Assembly (NCBI GenBank): GCA_043798915.1
Contig: JAZDOG010000020.1
Location: 32,001 to 96,000, forward strand
From: Pseudomonadota bacterium
GTDB taxonomy: Bacteria > UBA10199 > 2-02-FULL-44-16 > JAAZCA01
Direction of reading: 5' to 3'
DNA: 64,000 bases
Position 1 is the stretch's first letter; each line of letters opens with the position of its first letter. The translations under genes and the position numbers were made by a program. Shown here one piece after another: positions 29,285 through 38,808 of the stretch. The notes beneath the pieces are model-generated. The model had not been told where the DNA came from and searched no databases. It was given only the letters and a program-made list of their open reading frames with translations.

Positions 29285-30360
29285 TCCCGGACCGCGCGCC
29301 AGCGCAAGAGCAGCGCGATTCGACTCCGCGCGAGAAGGATGTGAACTTCAGGCTTTCGTCTTCTCTGGCGGATGAGATGATGAACAGGCAGGTCGCATCG
29401 GCGCAGACGGGCGATGTCGAAGGCCATGATTACAGCCTGAACGAACACACCGAAAAAAACTATGCGCGCCTGCTCGTCGTGGCCAGGGAAGTGATGCGCA
29501 ATGCAGAGAACGGCCTTCCTCTCGATTGCCGCAGCGTTGAACGGGCCGCGGGCGACCTCATCGATGAATTTGTGAGCGGAAATGAGCAGCTGATCGCCGC
29601 TGCCTGTTCGCCGGTCAAGGGGGATGAAAATTATCTTTATGCGCACATCGTGAATGTCACCATATTGTCTCTGGCGATGGGCATGGACCAGAAGCTGAAT
29701 ATTTCAAAATTGATCGATCTGGGTGTCTCGAGCTTTTTTCACGACGTCGGAATTACAAGGGTCCTCCATCTTGTGAATAAGCAGGATTATTTGAGTCCGT
29801 CCGAAAAGGGATTGGTGAGAGAGCACCCCATGTTCGGAGTGGAAATTCTCAAGAAGACATCTGGCATCAGCGACACCGTTCTCAAGGTTGTCTATCAGGA
29901 GCATGAGCGCCTTGACGGCTCCGGCTATCCTGAGGGGATCACCGATGCAGGGAAGCTTGACGAATGCTCGCGCATAGTGGCTGTGGCGGACGTGTTTGAA
30001 GCGATCACGCACAGGCGCCCGCATCGCGACGGTGTTTTGCCGCACGAGGCGATGAAGCGCATGCTGGGCAGCGAAGAGGTCGTCAAATTTGACTCCGGGG
30101 TGCTCAAATCGCTGGTGAATCGCGTGGGGATATATCCGGTCGGGAGCTGGGTCAGGCTATCGAATGGAGAGGTGGCCAGGGTCGTGGGGCTGAATGCGGG
30201 GCGGGCCCTGAAGCCCAAAGTAAAAGTGATATTCGACAAGGACGGGTGGAAATTGCGGGAGGCGAGGCTGCTGAATATGGCCGATTGTGACGCAATCCAG
30301 ATCGTAAAGCTGGTTGGCGACAGCGAGCTCAATGGATATTTTAATAGAAGTTTGATATAA
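29230..30360 (+). CDS. HD-GYP domain protein (putative c-di-GMP phosphodiesterase)
   Basis: 'HIVNV', 'FHDVG', 'HERLDGSGYPEG', 'VADVFEA'. Confidence 0.92.
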   Translation: MVRIAEIVREEIGADETLIPDRAPAQEQRDSTPREKDVNFRLSSSLADEMMNRQVASAQTGDVEGHDYSLNEHTEKNYARLLVVAREVMRNAENGLPLDCRSVERAAGDLIDEFVSGNEQLIAAACSPVKGDENYLYAHIVNVTILSLAMGMDQKLNISKLIDLGVSSFFHDVGITRVLHLVNKQDYLSPSEKGLVREHPMFGVEILKKTSGISDTVLKVVYQEHERLDGSGYPEGITDAGKLDECSRIVAVADVFEAITHRRPHRDGVLPHEAMKRMLGSEEVVKFDSGVLKSLVNRVGIYPVGSWVRLSNGEVARVVGLNAGRALKPKVKVIFDKDGWKLREARLLNMADCDAIQIVKLVGDSELNGYFNRSLI

Positions 30361-30405
30361 AGATCAGAGTCTTTTATACTGAGTCAGTTTTTACGCAAGG
30401 CGGGG

Positions 30406-31158
30406 GTGTTTGTGAGGTTCTTTTCTCTCAGCGTTGTCGTTTTCATAATCATGGTCGCCAGCGCGGGTTGTGCCACCTATGCTCACACTCAAGGTAAACA
30501 TGCGCCCGCAGCTGCGTCTGCGAAGGGCGAATTAGCTGCAGTTCCTGCCATGCCGCCGAAGATCATGCCTTACAGGATAAACGTGGGAGATGTTATCGAG
30601 GTCTCCGTGTGGCGGACCAAGGACATGGACAAGGACGTCATCGTCAGGCCCGACGGCGTCATATCATATCCTCTCGTGGGCGATGTCCCTGTCGTGGGTC
30701 TGACGCTGACTGAACTGGACCGCAAGCTCACCACGGACCTCAAGGCGTTTATCCGGAATCCGATCGTCTCCATCGCGATAAAGAAATTTGGAGGCACAAA
30801 GGTTATCATCCTGGGCGAGGTGAAGGCGCCTGGCGTCTATACGCCATCGGGTCAGGGAAGCGTCCTCGAGCTGATCGCCTTGGCCGGCGGTTTTACGGAC
30901 GATGGGGTCCGGAGCAGGACGCTCCTGATACGAGGCGGGCTTGAGAGTCCGAGACCCATTCCTCTGAACCTCGCTGCGGCGCTTGCGCGGGGCGATCAGG
31001 ACGAAAATCCGCCCCTGATGCCGAATGACATAGTCTATGTGCCGAAGAGCGCCACGGCCTCGTTCAATTATATCATGAAGCAGATAACTCCTGTGCTGTC
31101 CAACTTCCTGCTGGGCACGACGATCGCCAACGATTTCGGCTGGCGCGGGACGCGATAG
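30406..31158 (+). CDS. wza: Polysaccharide export lipoprotein (Wza/OPX, short form)
   Basis: Lipobox 'ASAGC', Poly_export 'VRPDGVISYPLVG', SLBB 'GEVKAPG...AGG', 'PNDIVYVP'. Confidence 0.88.
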   Translation: MFVRFFSLSVVVFIIMVASAGCATYAHTQGKHAPAAASAKGELAAVPAMPPKIMPYRINVGDVIEVSVWRTKDMDKDVIVRPDGVISYPLVGDVPVVGLTLTELDRKLTTDLKAFIRNPIVSIAIKKFGGTKVIILGEVKAPGVYTPSGQGSVLELIALAGGFTDDGVRSRTLLIRGGLESPRPIPLNLAAALARGDQDENPPLMPNDIVYVPKSATASFNYIMKQITPVLSNFLLGTTIANDFGWRGTR

Positions 31159-31175
31159 CGGGCGTCTAAAAAATA

Positions 31176-33164
31176 ATGCAGAGACTGGAATTCAACCTCT
31201 CCGATTATTGGCGCATCGTCAGGCGTCGGAAAGCTGTCATCATCGCTTCCGCGCTGTTTGTGACGGCTATTGTCTTTTATAAAAATTATACAACACCCCC
31301 GCTCTTCAAGGCCTCAGCCGTGGTAATGGTGGAGATGGCCACTTCGCTCATGACGGGCGCCCGCGATTACTATTATCCTTATGAAGGGGATTTTTTTGAG
31401 ACGCAGCAGCATGTCATTGCCAGCAAGCCGGTGGGCGAGGAGGCAGGAAGGTACATCGGGCTCATAAGCGAGACGACGCCTGCGGAGGAGCGCGACAGGA
31501 TCGCGGCTGGGCTGGCCGGCAGCGTCAACGCCGATAAAGTGGGTTCGACCAACCTCATCAGCATAAACGCCACGGCCGTGGAGGCCGGGAAGGCGGCTGC
31601 GATTGCCAACGCCATTGCCCACGGTTATCAGGTCTGGAGTTTGAAAAACAGAAACGAACAGGCGCGCAAAGTCAGGGAATTCGTGGAGGGCCAGCTCAAA
31701 GAGACAGGCGCGCGTCTTGCCGAAGGGGAAGATACGCTCAAAAAATTTCAGGAATCTTCGGAGGAGGCCGGCCAGATCACGGCGCTCCAGTCTCAGCTGA
31801 TGAACCTCCAGGTGGATATGGCCACCCTGCTTCAGCAGTATACCGAACAGCATCCGGATGTGATCGAACAGCGGGCAAGGATTGCCGAGGTGAAGGAGGA
31901 GATGGCAAGGAATCCGGGGCTGCAACTCGAGTACGCGCGCTTGAAGCGCGAGGTCGACACGAACAACGCGCTTTATTCCAATTTGAGACAGCGGTATCAG
32001 GATGCGAAGATCAGGGAGGCTGAGAAGATCAGCGGCGTCACCATAGTCAACGCCGCGGAGGTTCCGGGCTACCCCATAAGCCCAAAGACAAGGGCCAATA
32101 CGATGTTTGCGCTCATGGTGGGCCTGCTTCTGGGCTTTGTTCTGGCATTCGTGAAGGAAAATCTGGATACCTCCATAGCGACCATCGAAGATGTGGAGGA
32201 TTTTCTCGGTTTGCCGATCCTGGGCGTCATACCCCAGATGGAGACCGATGCAGGCGGCGGGCGAAAGTTTTCCTTCTTCAGGCTCTTCGAATCGTTTATC
32301 CCGTCGCCTCCGCACATCACCAAGCGCGAGATGAGAAGGCTGCTCGTCCTGATCGGCGGGGGGACTTCGGCGCCGGTTGAGGCCTATAAGACTTTGAGGG
32401 CCAATATACAGTTCGCGGTGTTGCAGAAAAAAAGCCGGGTGCTCCTGTTCAGCAGCTCCGGCCCCCATGAAGGAAAGACGATAACCGCCAGCAACTGCGC
32501 CATAGCGTTCGCACAGAACGGCCAGAAGGTCCTTCTGGCCTCCGCAGATCTCAGGCGCGCCGGGATTGCGGATGTCTTCGGGCTGCGCAGCGAGCCGGGG
32601 CTCTCGGAAGTGATAAGCGGCGACGTCGATTGGAAAAAGTCGCTGCGCACAATCGAGGATCTGATGGTGGGAGAACTGGACACGGCGAAGCTCCTTGAGA
32701 CGCCGGGCATCGACAACCTGTCGATCCTCACGGCCGGCCGAGTTCCGCCGAATCCGGCCGAGTTCCTCCAGTCGGAGCGCATGAAGAGTTTTATAAAGGA
32801 GGCGCGCGAGGTTTTTGATTTTGTCCTGCTGGACTGCCCTCCTGTGCTGCCGGTGAGCGACGCCCTCGTCCTTTCGCCCTTCGTGGACGGCATCGTCCTC
32901 ATTTACCAGACTGGCCAGACGGCCCGCGGTGCGCTCAAGCGTGCAAAATCGATGCTGGCATCGGCGGGCGTGGAGATACTCGGCGTGGTGCTCAATGGCA
33001 TCAAGGCCCAGGAGATGAAGCTGGCGCCATCCTATCGCTACTATGGCGGGTATTACGGCGGCAAGTACGGCAGCGCTTATGGGTATGGATATGGCCCCGA
33101 GGAGGAGCCTAAAAAAAAGCCGGGCTGGTGGCCTTTCGGAAACAAGGTTAAGAAACAGGAATAA
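31176..33164 (+). CDS. wzc: Polysaccharide co-polymerase / BY-kinase (Wzc-like)
   Basis: Two TMs flanking a coiled coil ('YTEQHPDV'), Walker A 'SSGPHEGKT', 'ADLRR', 'LDCPP', C-terminal tyrosine cluster 'YRYYGGYYGGKYGSAYGYGY'. Confidence 0.93.
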   Translation: MQRLEFNLSDYWRIVRRRKAVIIASALFVTAIVFYKNYTTPPLFKASAVVMVEMATSLMTGARDYYYPYEGDFFETQQHVIASKPVGEEAGRYIGLISETTPAEERDRIAAGLAGSVNADKVGSTNLISINATAVEAGKAAAIANAIAHGYQVWSLKNRNEQARKVREFVEGQLKETGARLAEGEDTLKKFQESSEEAGQITALQSQLMNLQVDMATLLQQYTEQHPDVIEQRARIAEVKEEMARNPGLQLEYARLKREVDTNNALYSNLRQRYQDAKIREAEKISGVTIVNAAEVPGYPISPKTRANTMFALMVGLLLGFVLAFVKENLDTSIATIEDVEDFLGLPILGVIPQMETDAGGGRKFSFFRLFESFIPSPPHITKREMRRLLVLIGGGTSAPVEAYKTLRANIQFAVLQKKSRVLLFSSSGPHEGKTITASNCAIAFAQNGQKVLLASADLRRAGIADVFGLRSEPGLSEVISGDVDWKKSLRTIEDLMVGELDTAKLLETPGIDNLSILTAGRVPPNPAEFLQSERMKSFIKEAREVFDFVLLDCPPVLPVSDALVLSPFVDGIVLIYQTGQTARGALKRAKSMLASAGVEILGVVLNGIKAQEMKLAPSYRYYGGYYGGKYGSAYGYGYGPEEEPKKKPGWWPFGNKVKKQE

Positions 33165-33208
33165 GATCCGGATGATGGACCAAGAGATAGACCAGGAAAT
33201 ATCCCCTT

Positions 33209-33991
33209 ATGCCAAATTGTCGCCTGCATTGCCGCCTGTCGCCGCGCGATTATGATCGCGGGTGGCTGCAGTTCTTTGAAACAAACGGCCTCGTCCCTGA
33301 AATTTATTTCGTCGACAATGATCTGGAAGATGGGCAGGGAAATGCGCTGGGTGAAATTGCGGATTGGCTCAAATCCAGAAACTTAAGGCCGTCCCTTCAT
33401 GCCCCGATCGGGAGCGGCGATCCGGTCGTGCTGGATGACGCAGCAAAGAATTATGGGCGCCGGATGACCGGGCAGATCGCCGCCATGGCGCGGAAATTCG
33501 ATGCCAGGGTCGTGGTCTTTCACCCGGTTTTCGACAAGTACAGCGTCGGAAAGAAATTTCCGAAATGGGTGGAAGAAAATCTGGATTTTTTTGAAGGGGT
33601 CCTCAACAGGACAGCTGGCCTCGACACGACGATCGCAGTCGAGAATATTTTCAGCGACCAGCCTGACCCGATAGCTGAATTGATCTCCGATCTTGGTTCC
33701 GAAAGATTCAGGTTCTGCTTCGATGTGGGGCATTTCAACAAATATTCCTCCGTCGGTCTTTCAAAATGGTTCAAGCTTCTTGGCGACAGGATCTGCGAGA
33801 TTCATGTCCACGACAATTTCGGAAAACACGACGAGCATCTCCCTCCCGGCGAGGGCAATTTTCCGTTTAAAAAGCTTGTGGATTTTATAAACAGCGTCGA
33901 TCGCGAACTCATTCTCACGATAGAAACAGTGGACAGAGAAGCTGCGCTCCGCGCCGTCGGCAATTTAAAGGGGTTTTTAGGGATAGAATGA
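33209..33991 (+). CDS. Xylose-isomerase-like / AP_endonuc_2 TIM-barrel protein
   Basis: 'SLHAP', 'VFHP', 'VENI', 'CFDVGH', 'HVHDN...DEHLPPGEG'. Confidence 0.85.
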   Translation: MPNCRLHCRLSPRDYDRGWLQFFETNGLVPEIYFVDNDLEDGQGNALGEIADWLKSRNLRPSLHAPIGSGDPVVLDDAAKNYGRRMTGQIAAMARKFDARVVVFHPVFDKYSVGKKFPKWVEENLDFFEGVLNRTAGLDTTIAVENIFSDQPDPIAELISDLGSERFRFCFDVGHFNKYSSVGLSKWFKLLGDRICEIHVHDNFGKHDEHLPPGEGNFPFKKLVDFINSVDRELILTIETVDREAALRAVGNLKGFLGIE

Positions 33992-34497
33992 AAAAGAGCG
34001 GCCGTCCGTGGATCGTCGTGGCCTGCTATGTCGCGCTGATGTATCTTGCGACGTTCATCGCGAGTGCAACCCGGCTTCTCGACGACAGGGTCAGGACGGC
34101 AAACCTTTCCATTGTTGCGTACATAGTCTTCGGGATTGCGCTGATCGCCCTGGTTGTTTTAAGGTTCGGTTTCAAAAACGCTTACGGGTGGATATACACG
34201 GGTTTTTTTGCGGCGCTCCTTGCGATGGTGGCTTTCTACCTCCCGGAGCCGAAAGACCGGCTGCATTTTCTTGAGTATTGTTTGATGTTCGTCCTGATCT
34301 ATGCGGCCTTTAAAAGGAGCGTCGGAGGTCCTCTGCGCTACGCCCTGGCCCTGATCTCGATTTTTGCTCTTGGCATTTTTGACGAAACGCTGCAGTCTTC
34401 CTATCCGAACGGTTTCTTTGACTTTTCGGATGCCTTGCACGACGCATTTGCCGGCTATGTTGCGGCCGGCGCAGTCCTCATTTGGGAAAGGCTCTGA
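33988..34497 (+). CDS. VanZ-like membrane protein
   Basis: 'DRLHFLEY', 'GIFDETLQ...P...FDFSD' VanZ pattern with multiple TMs. Confidence 0.75.
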   Translation: MKKSGRPWIVVACYVALMYLATFIASATRLLDDRVRTANLSIVAYIVFGIALIALVVLRFGFKNAYGWIYTGFFAALLAMVAFYLPEPKDRLHFLEYCLMFVLIYAAFKRSVGGPLRYALALISIFALGIFDETLQSSYPNGFFDFSDALHDAFAGYVAAGAVLIWERL

Positions 34498-34498
34498 C

Positions 34499-35314
34499 AT
34501 GTATAGAAAATATTGGGGGTTGACGGAAAAGCCGTTTGAGAACACGCCTGACCCGCGTTTTTTCTACCGTTCTCAGGAGCATGAGGAGGGGCTTCTGCGC
34601 CTGCTCTATGCCATTCAGGAGGCCAAGGGCGCCGCCATGCTCACGGGCGTGTTCGGCTGCGGCAAGACGCTGCTCGGCAGGGAGCTGATGAGGGAGATGG
34701 GCAAGGATGTCTACAAGGTCGTCTGCATAAGCAACCCTCTCCTTACTTCTCTGGAACTCCTGATGATGATAACCACCGAGCTGGGCGTCACCGATCTGCC
34801 GACAAAGAAGACGGAAGTGCTGACCAGCATGGTGTTGCAAAGGCTGGGCTGTGCGCTGAACAACAACCTGAACGACGGCAGGCGCACGGTGATTATCATA
34901 GACGAGGCCCACATAATCACCGAGCATGATGTCTGGGAAGAGCTGCGCCTTCTTCTGAACTACCAGCTCGATTCGGCATTTCTTCTGACGCTCCTCTTGA
35001 TGGGCCAGCCCGAGCTCAAAAAAAGCATCGACAGCAACAAGCAGCTCTCCCAGAGGATCGCAATCCGCCATCACCTCAAGCCCTTGAGCGTGGAAGAGAC
35101 AACCGACTACGTCCTCCACCGCCTGAATGTCGCCGGGCGTTCGTCGGCGCTCTTTGACGACGAGGCGCTGAAGGTCATCTATGAAAAAGCGGGCGGCATC
35201 CCCCGCCGCATAAATCACATATGCGATCTGTGCCTGCTCACCGGCTTCAGCAGAAATCTCCAAATGGTCGGAGCCGACGTGGTGCGCGAGGTGGCCGCCG
35301 ATCTGGAAGGGTGA
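34499..35314 (+). CDS. Second ExeA/GspA-like AAA ATPase
   Basis: 'MYRKYWGLTEKPFENTPDP', 'GVFGCGKT', 'IIDEAH', 'GQPEL', 'GGIPRRIN'. Confidence 0.92.
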   Translation: MYRKYWGLTEKPFENTPDPRFFYRSQEHEEGLLRLLYAIQEAKGAAMLTGVFGCGKTLLGRELMREMGKDVYKVVCISNPLLTSLELLMMITTELGVTDLPTKKTEVLTSMVLQRLGCALNNNLNDGRRTVIIIDEAHIITEHDVWEELRLLLNYQLDSAFLLTLLLMGQPELKKSIDSNKQLSQRIAIRHHLKPLSVEETTDYVLHRLNVAGRSSALFDDEALKVIYEKAGGIPRRINHICDLCLLTGFSRNLQMVGADVVREVAADLEG

Positions 35315-35332
35315 CAGCAGGGGAGCCATCGG

Positions 35333-37162
35333 ATGCTGATTCTGGGGATATCCGCTTACTACCATGACAGCGCTGCCTGCATCGTCAGGGATGGCGTCAT
35401 CGTCGCCGCTGCGCAGGAGGAGCGTTTTTCGCGCAAGAAGCACGACATGCGCTTCCCTTCTCATGCGGTCGCCTGTTGCCTCGCGGAGGCTCAGGCCGGG
35501 TTCAAGGACGTGGACGTTGTTGCCTTCTACGAAAAACCTTTCGTGAAGTTCGAACGCCTCCTCGAGACCTATCTCACGTTCGCTCCAAAGGGTCTTCGAT
35601 CCTTCGCCATGGCGATGCCGGTCTGGATCAAGGAGAAGCTCTTCCTCAAGAGGACGATCGAGAGGGAGCTTCGGTCGCGTTTCGGCAAAGGGGCGCCCCG
35701 CTTCATCTTCTCCACGCATCATCAGGCCCACGCTGCCTCCGCGTTTTTTCCTTCGCCGTTTGATGAGGCTGCGATTCTGTGCCTGGATGCTGTGGGGGAA
35801 TGGACGACGACTTCCGCGTGGACCGGGCGCGGCAACGCGGTGAAACCCCTATGGGAGCTGCGCTTCCCGCATTCGCTCGGGATGCTCTACTCCGCTTTCA
35901 CGTACTACACCGGCTTCAAGGTCAACTCCGGCGAGTACAAGGTGATGGGGCTGGCCCCCTATGGCCGTCCAACCTATGTCAGGACGATCCTCGACAACCT
36001 GATCGACTTGAAGCCCGACGGCACCTTCCGCCTCAACATGGAATATTTCGGCTTCTGCACGGGACTCGCGATGACCAACGCGCGTTTCCACGGGCTCTTC
36101 GGCGGAGAGCCTCGCAAACCGGAGACCGGACTGACGCAGAAGGAGATGGACCTGGCGCGCTCGATACAGGAGGTCACGGAGGAGATAGTCATGCGCCTGG
36201 GGCGATCGCTCCATGGCGACACGGGGCTTGGGAGCCTCTGCCTTGCCGGGGGCGTCTCGCTCAACTGCGTTGCCAACGGGAGGCTCTTGCGCGAAGGGCC
36301 CTTCAAAAGAATATGGATCCAGCCCGCTTCGGGCGATGCTGGAGGGGCGGTGGGGGCCGCGCTTGCAGCCTGGCACACGCACTTCGGCAACGAGCGGCAT
36401 CCCCAAAACCCCGACGGCATGAAGGGGGCGTATCTCGGCCCGGCCTTCTCCGGCGATGAGATCGAGGCGTTCCTCAAGGGGCACGATATCCCCGGCCGTT
36501 TCGTCGCAGAGAAGGATATATTCGATCTTGTCGCCGGCGAGCTTTCCGCCGGCAAGGTCATCGGCTGGTTTGCCGGGCGGATGGAGTTTGGCCCACGGGC
36601 GCTGGGGGCGCGCAGCATCATCGGCGACGCCAGGTCCGCAAAGATGCAGTCGATCATGAATCTGAAGATCAAGCATCGCGAGTCCTTCCGGCCCTTCGCG
36701 CCTTCGGTCTTGAGGGAGCGCGTCGCCGACTACTTCGAGATGGATTGCGACAGCCCCTACATGCTCCTGGTCGCCGCGGTTAACCCGGAGCGCAGGATAG
36801 CTCCCGCTGAGAACGCGGGGAATCTCTGGGGAATCGATCTCTTGAATGTCCCCAGGTCGGACATCCCCGCGGTGACCCACATCGATTACTCGGCAAGGGT
36901 CCAGACGGTCCATCGCGAGACCAACCCCCGCTACTGGCAGCTGATCAAGGCGTTCGAGAAGCTCACCGGATGCGGCGTGATCGTTAACACCTCCTTCAAC
37001 GTGCGCGGCGAGCCGATTGTCTGCACGCCCGAAGACGCATATCGCTGCTTCATGAGGACGGAGATGGACCTGCTCGTCATGGAAAACTTCGTTCTGGATA
37101 AGAGGGAGCAGCGCGGTATCGCAGAAGATAATGACTGGATGAAGGAGTTTGAGCTCGATTAG
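35333..37162 (+). CDS. O-carbamoyltransferase, NodU/CmcH/TobZ family (SxtI-like)
   Basis: 'GISAYYHDSAA', 'EERFSRKKH', 'HHQAHAASAF', 'GEYKVMGLAPYG', 'EFGPRALG', 'RESFRPFAP', 'NTSFN'. Confidence 0.96.
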   Translation: MLILGISAYYHDSAACIVRDGVIVAAAQEERFSRKKHDMRFPSHAVACCLAEAQAGFKDVDVVAFYEKPFVKFERLLETYLTFAPKGLRSFAMAMPVWIKEKLFLKRTIERELRSRFGKGAPRFIFSTHHQAHAASAFFPSPFDEAAILCLDAVGEWTTTSAWTGRGNAVKPLWELRFPHSLGMLYSAFTYYTGFKVNSGEYKVMGLAPYGRPTYVRTILDNLIDLKPDGTFRLNMEYFGFCTGLAMTNARFHGLFGGEPRKPETGLTQKEMDLARSIQEVTEEIVMRLGRSLHGDTGLGSLCLAGGVSLNCVANGRLLREGPFKRIWIQPASGDAGGAVGAALAAWHTHFGNERHPQNPDGMKGAYLGPAFSGDEIEAFLKGHDIPGRFVAEKDIFDLVAGELSAGKVIGWFAGRMEFGPRALGARSIIGDARSAKMQSIMNLKIKHRESFRPFAPSVLRERVADYFEMDCDSPYMLLVAAVNPERRIAPAENAGNLWGIDLLNVPRSDIPAVTHIDYSARVQTVHRETNPRYWQLIKAFEKLTGCGVIVNTSFNVRGEPIVCTPEDAYRCFMRTEMDLLVMENFVLDKREQRGIAEDNDWMKEFELD

Positions 37163-37202
37163 GCCAAGGATAAGCGCAACATGTTTCACCGGGAGGGTAT
37201 CT

Positions 37203-38378
37203 ATGGCTGACATGAAGAAACAACACGGTTTCGGAGCGCGGCTAGCCTTCGCCGTCATCGTTATCTTTTTAGCGGCGGCCCTCATAGAGGCGGCGGCGCG
37301 GATCATCTTCCCCTCCAGAGACGCAATCAAGACCATCATGAAGATGGATGCACGCCGGGATCTCAACGAATATGAGATGCCCGACCCGCGCTATCCCTAT
37401 ATCAACTGGGTGCTGAGGCCCAGTTTTTCGCGCACGTTCAAAGAGGCGATCGAGGCCAAACAGAGAGAGGGGCGGGCCTTGGGCGCGGCTAATCTCGAGA
37501 AATTAGCGGCGGATCTGGGAGTTGGCGAGGACGAGGTGGTCTATCGGATCAATAGCGATGGTTACAAGGGTCCGGAGATCGACAAGGCTCATAGCAAGAC
37601 CCGCATCCTGACGATCGGAGACTCCTGTACCTTCGGATCCCTTGTTGATAAACATTCCTATCCGCGGGTACTGGAGCGAGAGCTCCTCGCCCTGGGCAAG
37701 AATGTCGAGGTCATCAACGCCGGCGTGGAGGGCTACCATCCGAAAAACGTACTTTTGCGGATGGACGAGCTTAAGGCCCTGAAGCCCGACATAGCTACCA
37801 TCTACATCGGCTGGAATGCCCTGGATGGTGAACCGGCTACCGGTCTCGAGCGCTCTCTCTACAGCGTCCGGCTCGCGAAGAGCGCCCTCAGAAAGATATT
37901 CCATTTTTTCGATTCGCCCCAGAAGGCGGCCCTCTTCGAGTACAGCCAGCCCAGGCATCCTGATGCGAGCGCACCGGATGTCAAATCGCTCGATGGATAT
38001 AGTCCCCTGTTCATGAAGGATGTTGAGAAAATTGCGGAGGAACTCCGGTCGATCGGATGCAAGGTCGTCTTCGTCACGCTCCCGAGCCTCTACGTGATGT
38101 GGGAGGTCCCCAGCGAAACGGCGATGAAGGTGGGAAGCCTGCCGCCTTACACGGACAACCCCTACGTATGGGCTAAGGTGGTCGAGCAGTACAACATCGA
38201 CATCAGGAAGCTTGCGCAGGAGGATGGACTTGCGGTGGTCGACCTCGAGCGCTGGAGCCGCACGGCGCTCGTGCCCCGCGACGCCTATTTCGGCGACTCC
38301 GTGCACCTCGATGATCGTGGGCAGGAGATGATCGGGGAATACATGGCGGAGGAGATCTCCCCGCTTCTCCCGAAATGA
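37203..38378 (+). CDS. Membrane-anchored SGNH/GDSL-fold protein
   Basis: Basic N-terminus then a TM helix; 'TIGDSCTFG', 'INAGVEGY', 'GWN', 'DSVH' catalytic D-x-x-H. Confidence 0.88.
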   Translation: MADMKKQHGFGARLAFAVIVIFLAAALIEAAARIIFPSRDAIKTIMKMDARRDLNEYEMPDPRYPYINWVLRPSFSRTFKEAIEAKQREGRALGAANLEKLAADLGVGEDEVVYRINSDGYKGPEIDKAHSKTRILTIGDSCTFGSLVDKHSYPRVLERELLALGKNVEVINAGVEGYHPKNVLLRMDELKALKPDIATIYIGWNALDGEPATGLERSLYSVRLAKSALRKIFHFFDSPQKAALFEYSQPRHPDASAPDVKSLDGYSPLFMKDVEKIAEELRSIGCKVVFVTLPSLYVMWEVPSETAMKVGSLPPYTDNPYVWAKVVEQYNIDIRKLAQEDGLAVVDLERWSRTALVPRDAYFGDSVHLDDRGQEMIGEYMAEEISPLLPK

Positions 38379-38385
38379 GCGCTGC

Positions 38386-38787
38386 ATGAAGATGCAAAAA
38401 AAATGCACGACGAAGGACCTGCGCTTCTTTGGATTTTTGCTCGCCGCGTTTCTGGCCCTGGTGGGCATCTGGCCAGCCCTCTTCCGCCATCAGCCGGCAA
38501 GAATCTGGGTGCTGGCAGCAGCGGCACTGCCTCTCCTGATAGCTGTCCTGCGGCCATCGGTCCTGGCTTGGCCTTGTCGGGGCTGGCTCTCGATCGGCAA
38601 TATCATCGGGGGTGTCGTCACCCGGATCGTCCTGGGCGCTATTTTTTTTCTCATGTTCACGCCGGTGGGATTGATCCGGAGGATATTAAAGCGCGACACG
38701 CTCTCCTTGCGCTACGATGCGGGAGCTGATAGCTACAGAATAGCGGTGAACCTGAATGATATCCAAAGCATGGATCGGCAATATTAG
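38386..38787 (+). CDS. SxtJ-like membrane protein
   Basis: 'KDLRFFG', 'W...G...G.V.TRIVLG..FF..FTP.G..RR...D.L', C-terminal 'MDRQY'; usual position next to a carbamoyltransferase. Confidence 0.82.
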   Translation: MKMQKKCTTKDLRFFGFLLAAFLALVGIWPALFRHQPARIWVLAAAALPLLIAVLRPSVLAWPCRGWLSIGNIIGGVVTRIVLGAIFFLMFTPVGLIRRILKRDTLSLRYDAGADSYRIAVNLNDIQSMDRQY

Positions 38788-38808
38788 ATGTCGGGAGGAG
38801 AAAAGAGC

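Noticed and set aside
33034..33093. Low-complexity TAT/TAC-GGC repeats
   Set aside because: Explained by the Wzc C-terminal tyrosine cluster.
33043..33255. Possible frameshifted N-terminus of the TIM-barrel gene
   Set aside because: 33209-33991 has its own ATG and a plausible full length; the overlapping short ORF shows no family features.
28400..35314. Type II secretion system or transposon TniB/IstB ATPases
   Set aside because: No secretin, pseudopilins or transposase adjacent; the ATPases have the ExeA-type N-terminus and sit among EPS genes.
35849..37366. 505-aa minus-strand ORF (also 34478-35731, 31314-32468, 44547-45689, 52799-53854, 55547-56680, 60875-62308)
   Set aside because: Antisense shadows of well-supported GC-rich genes; no motifs and atypical composition.
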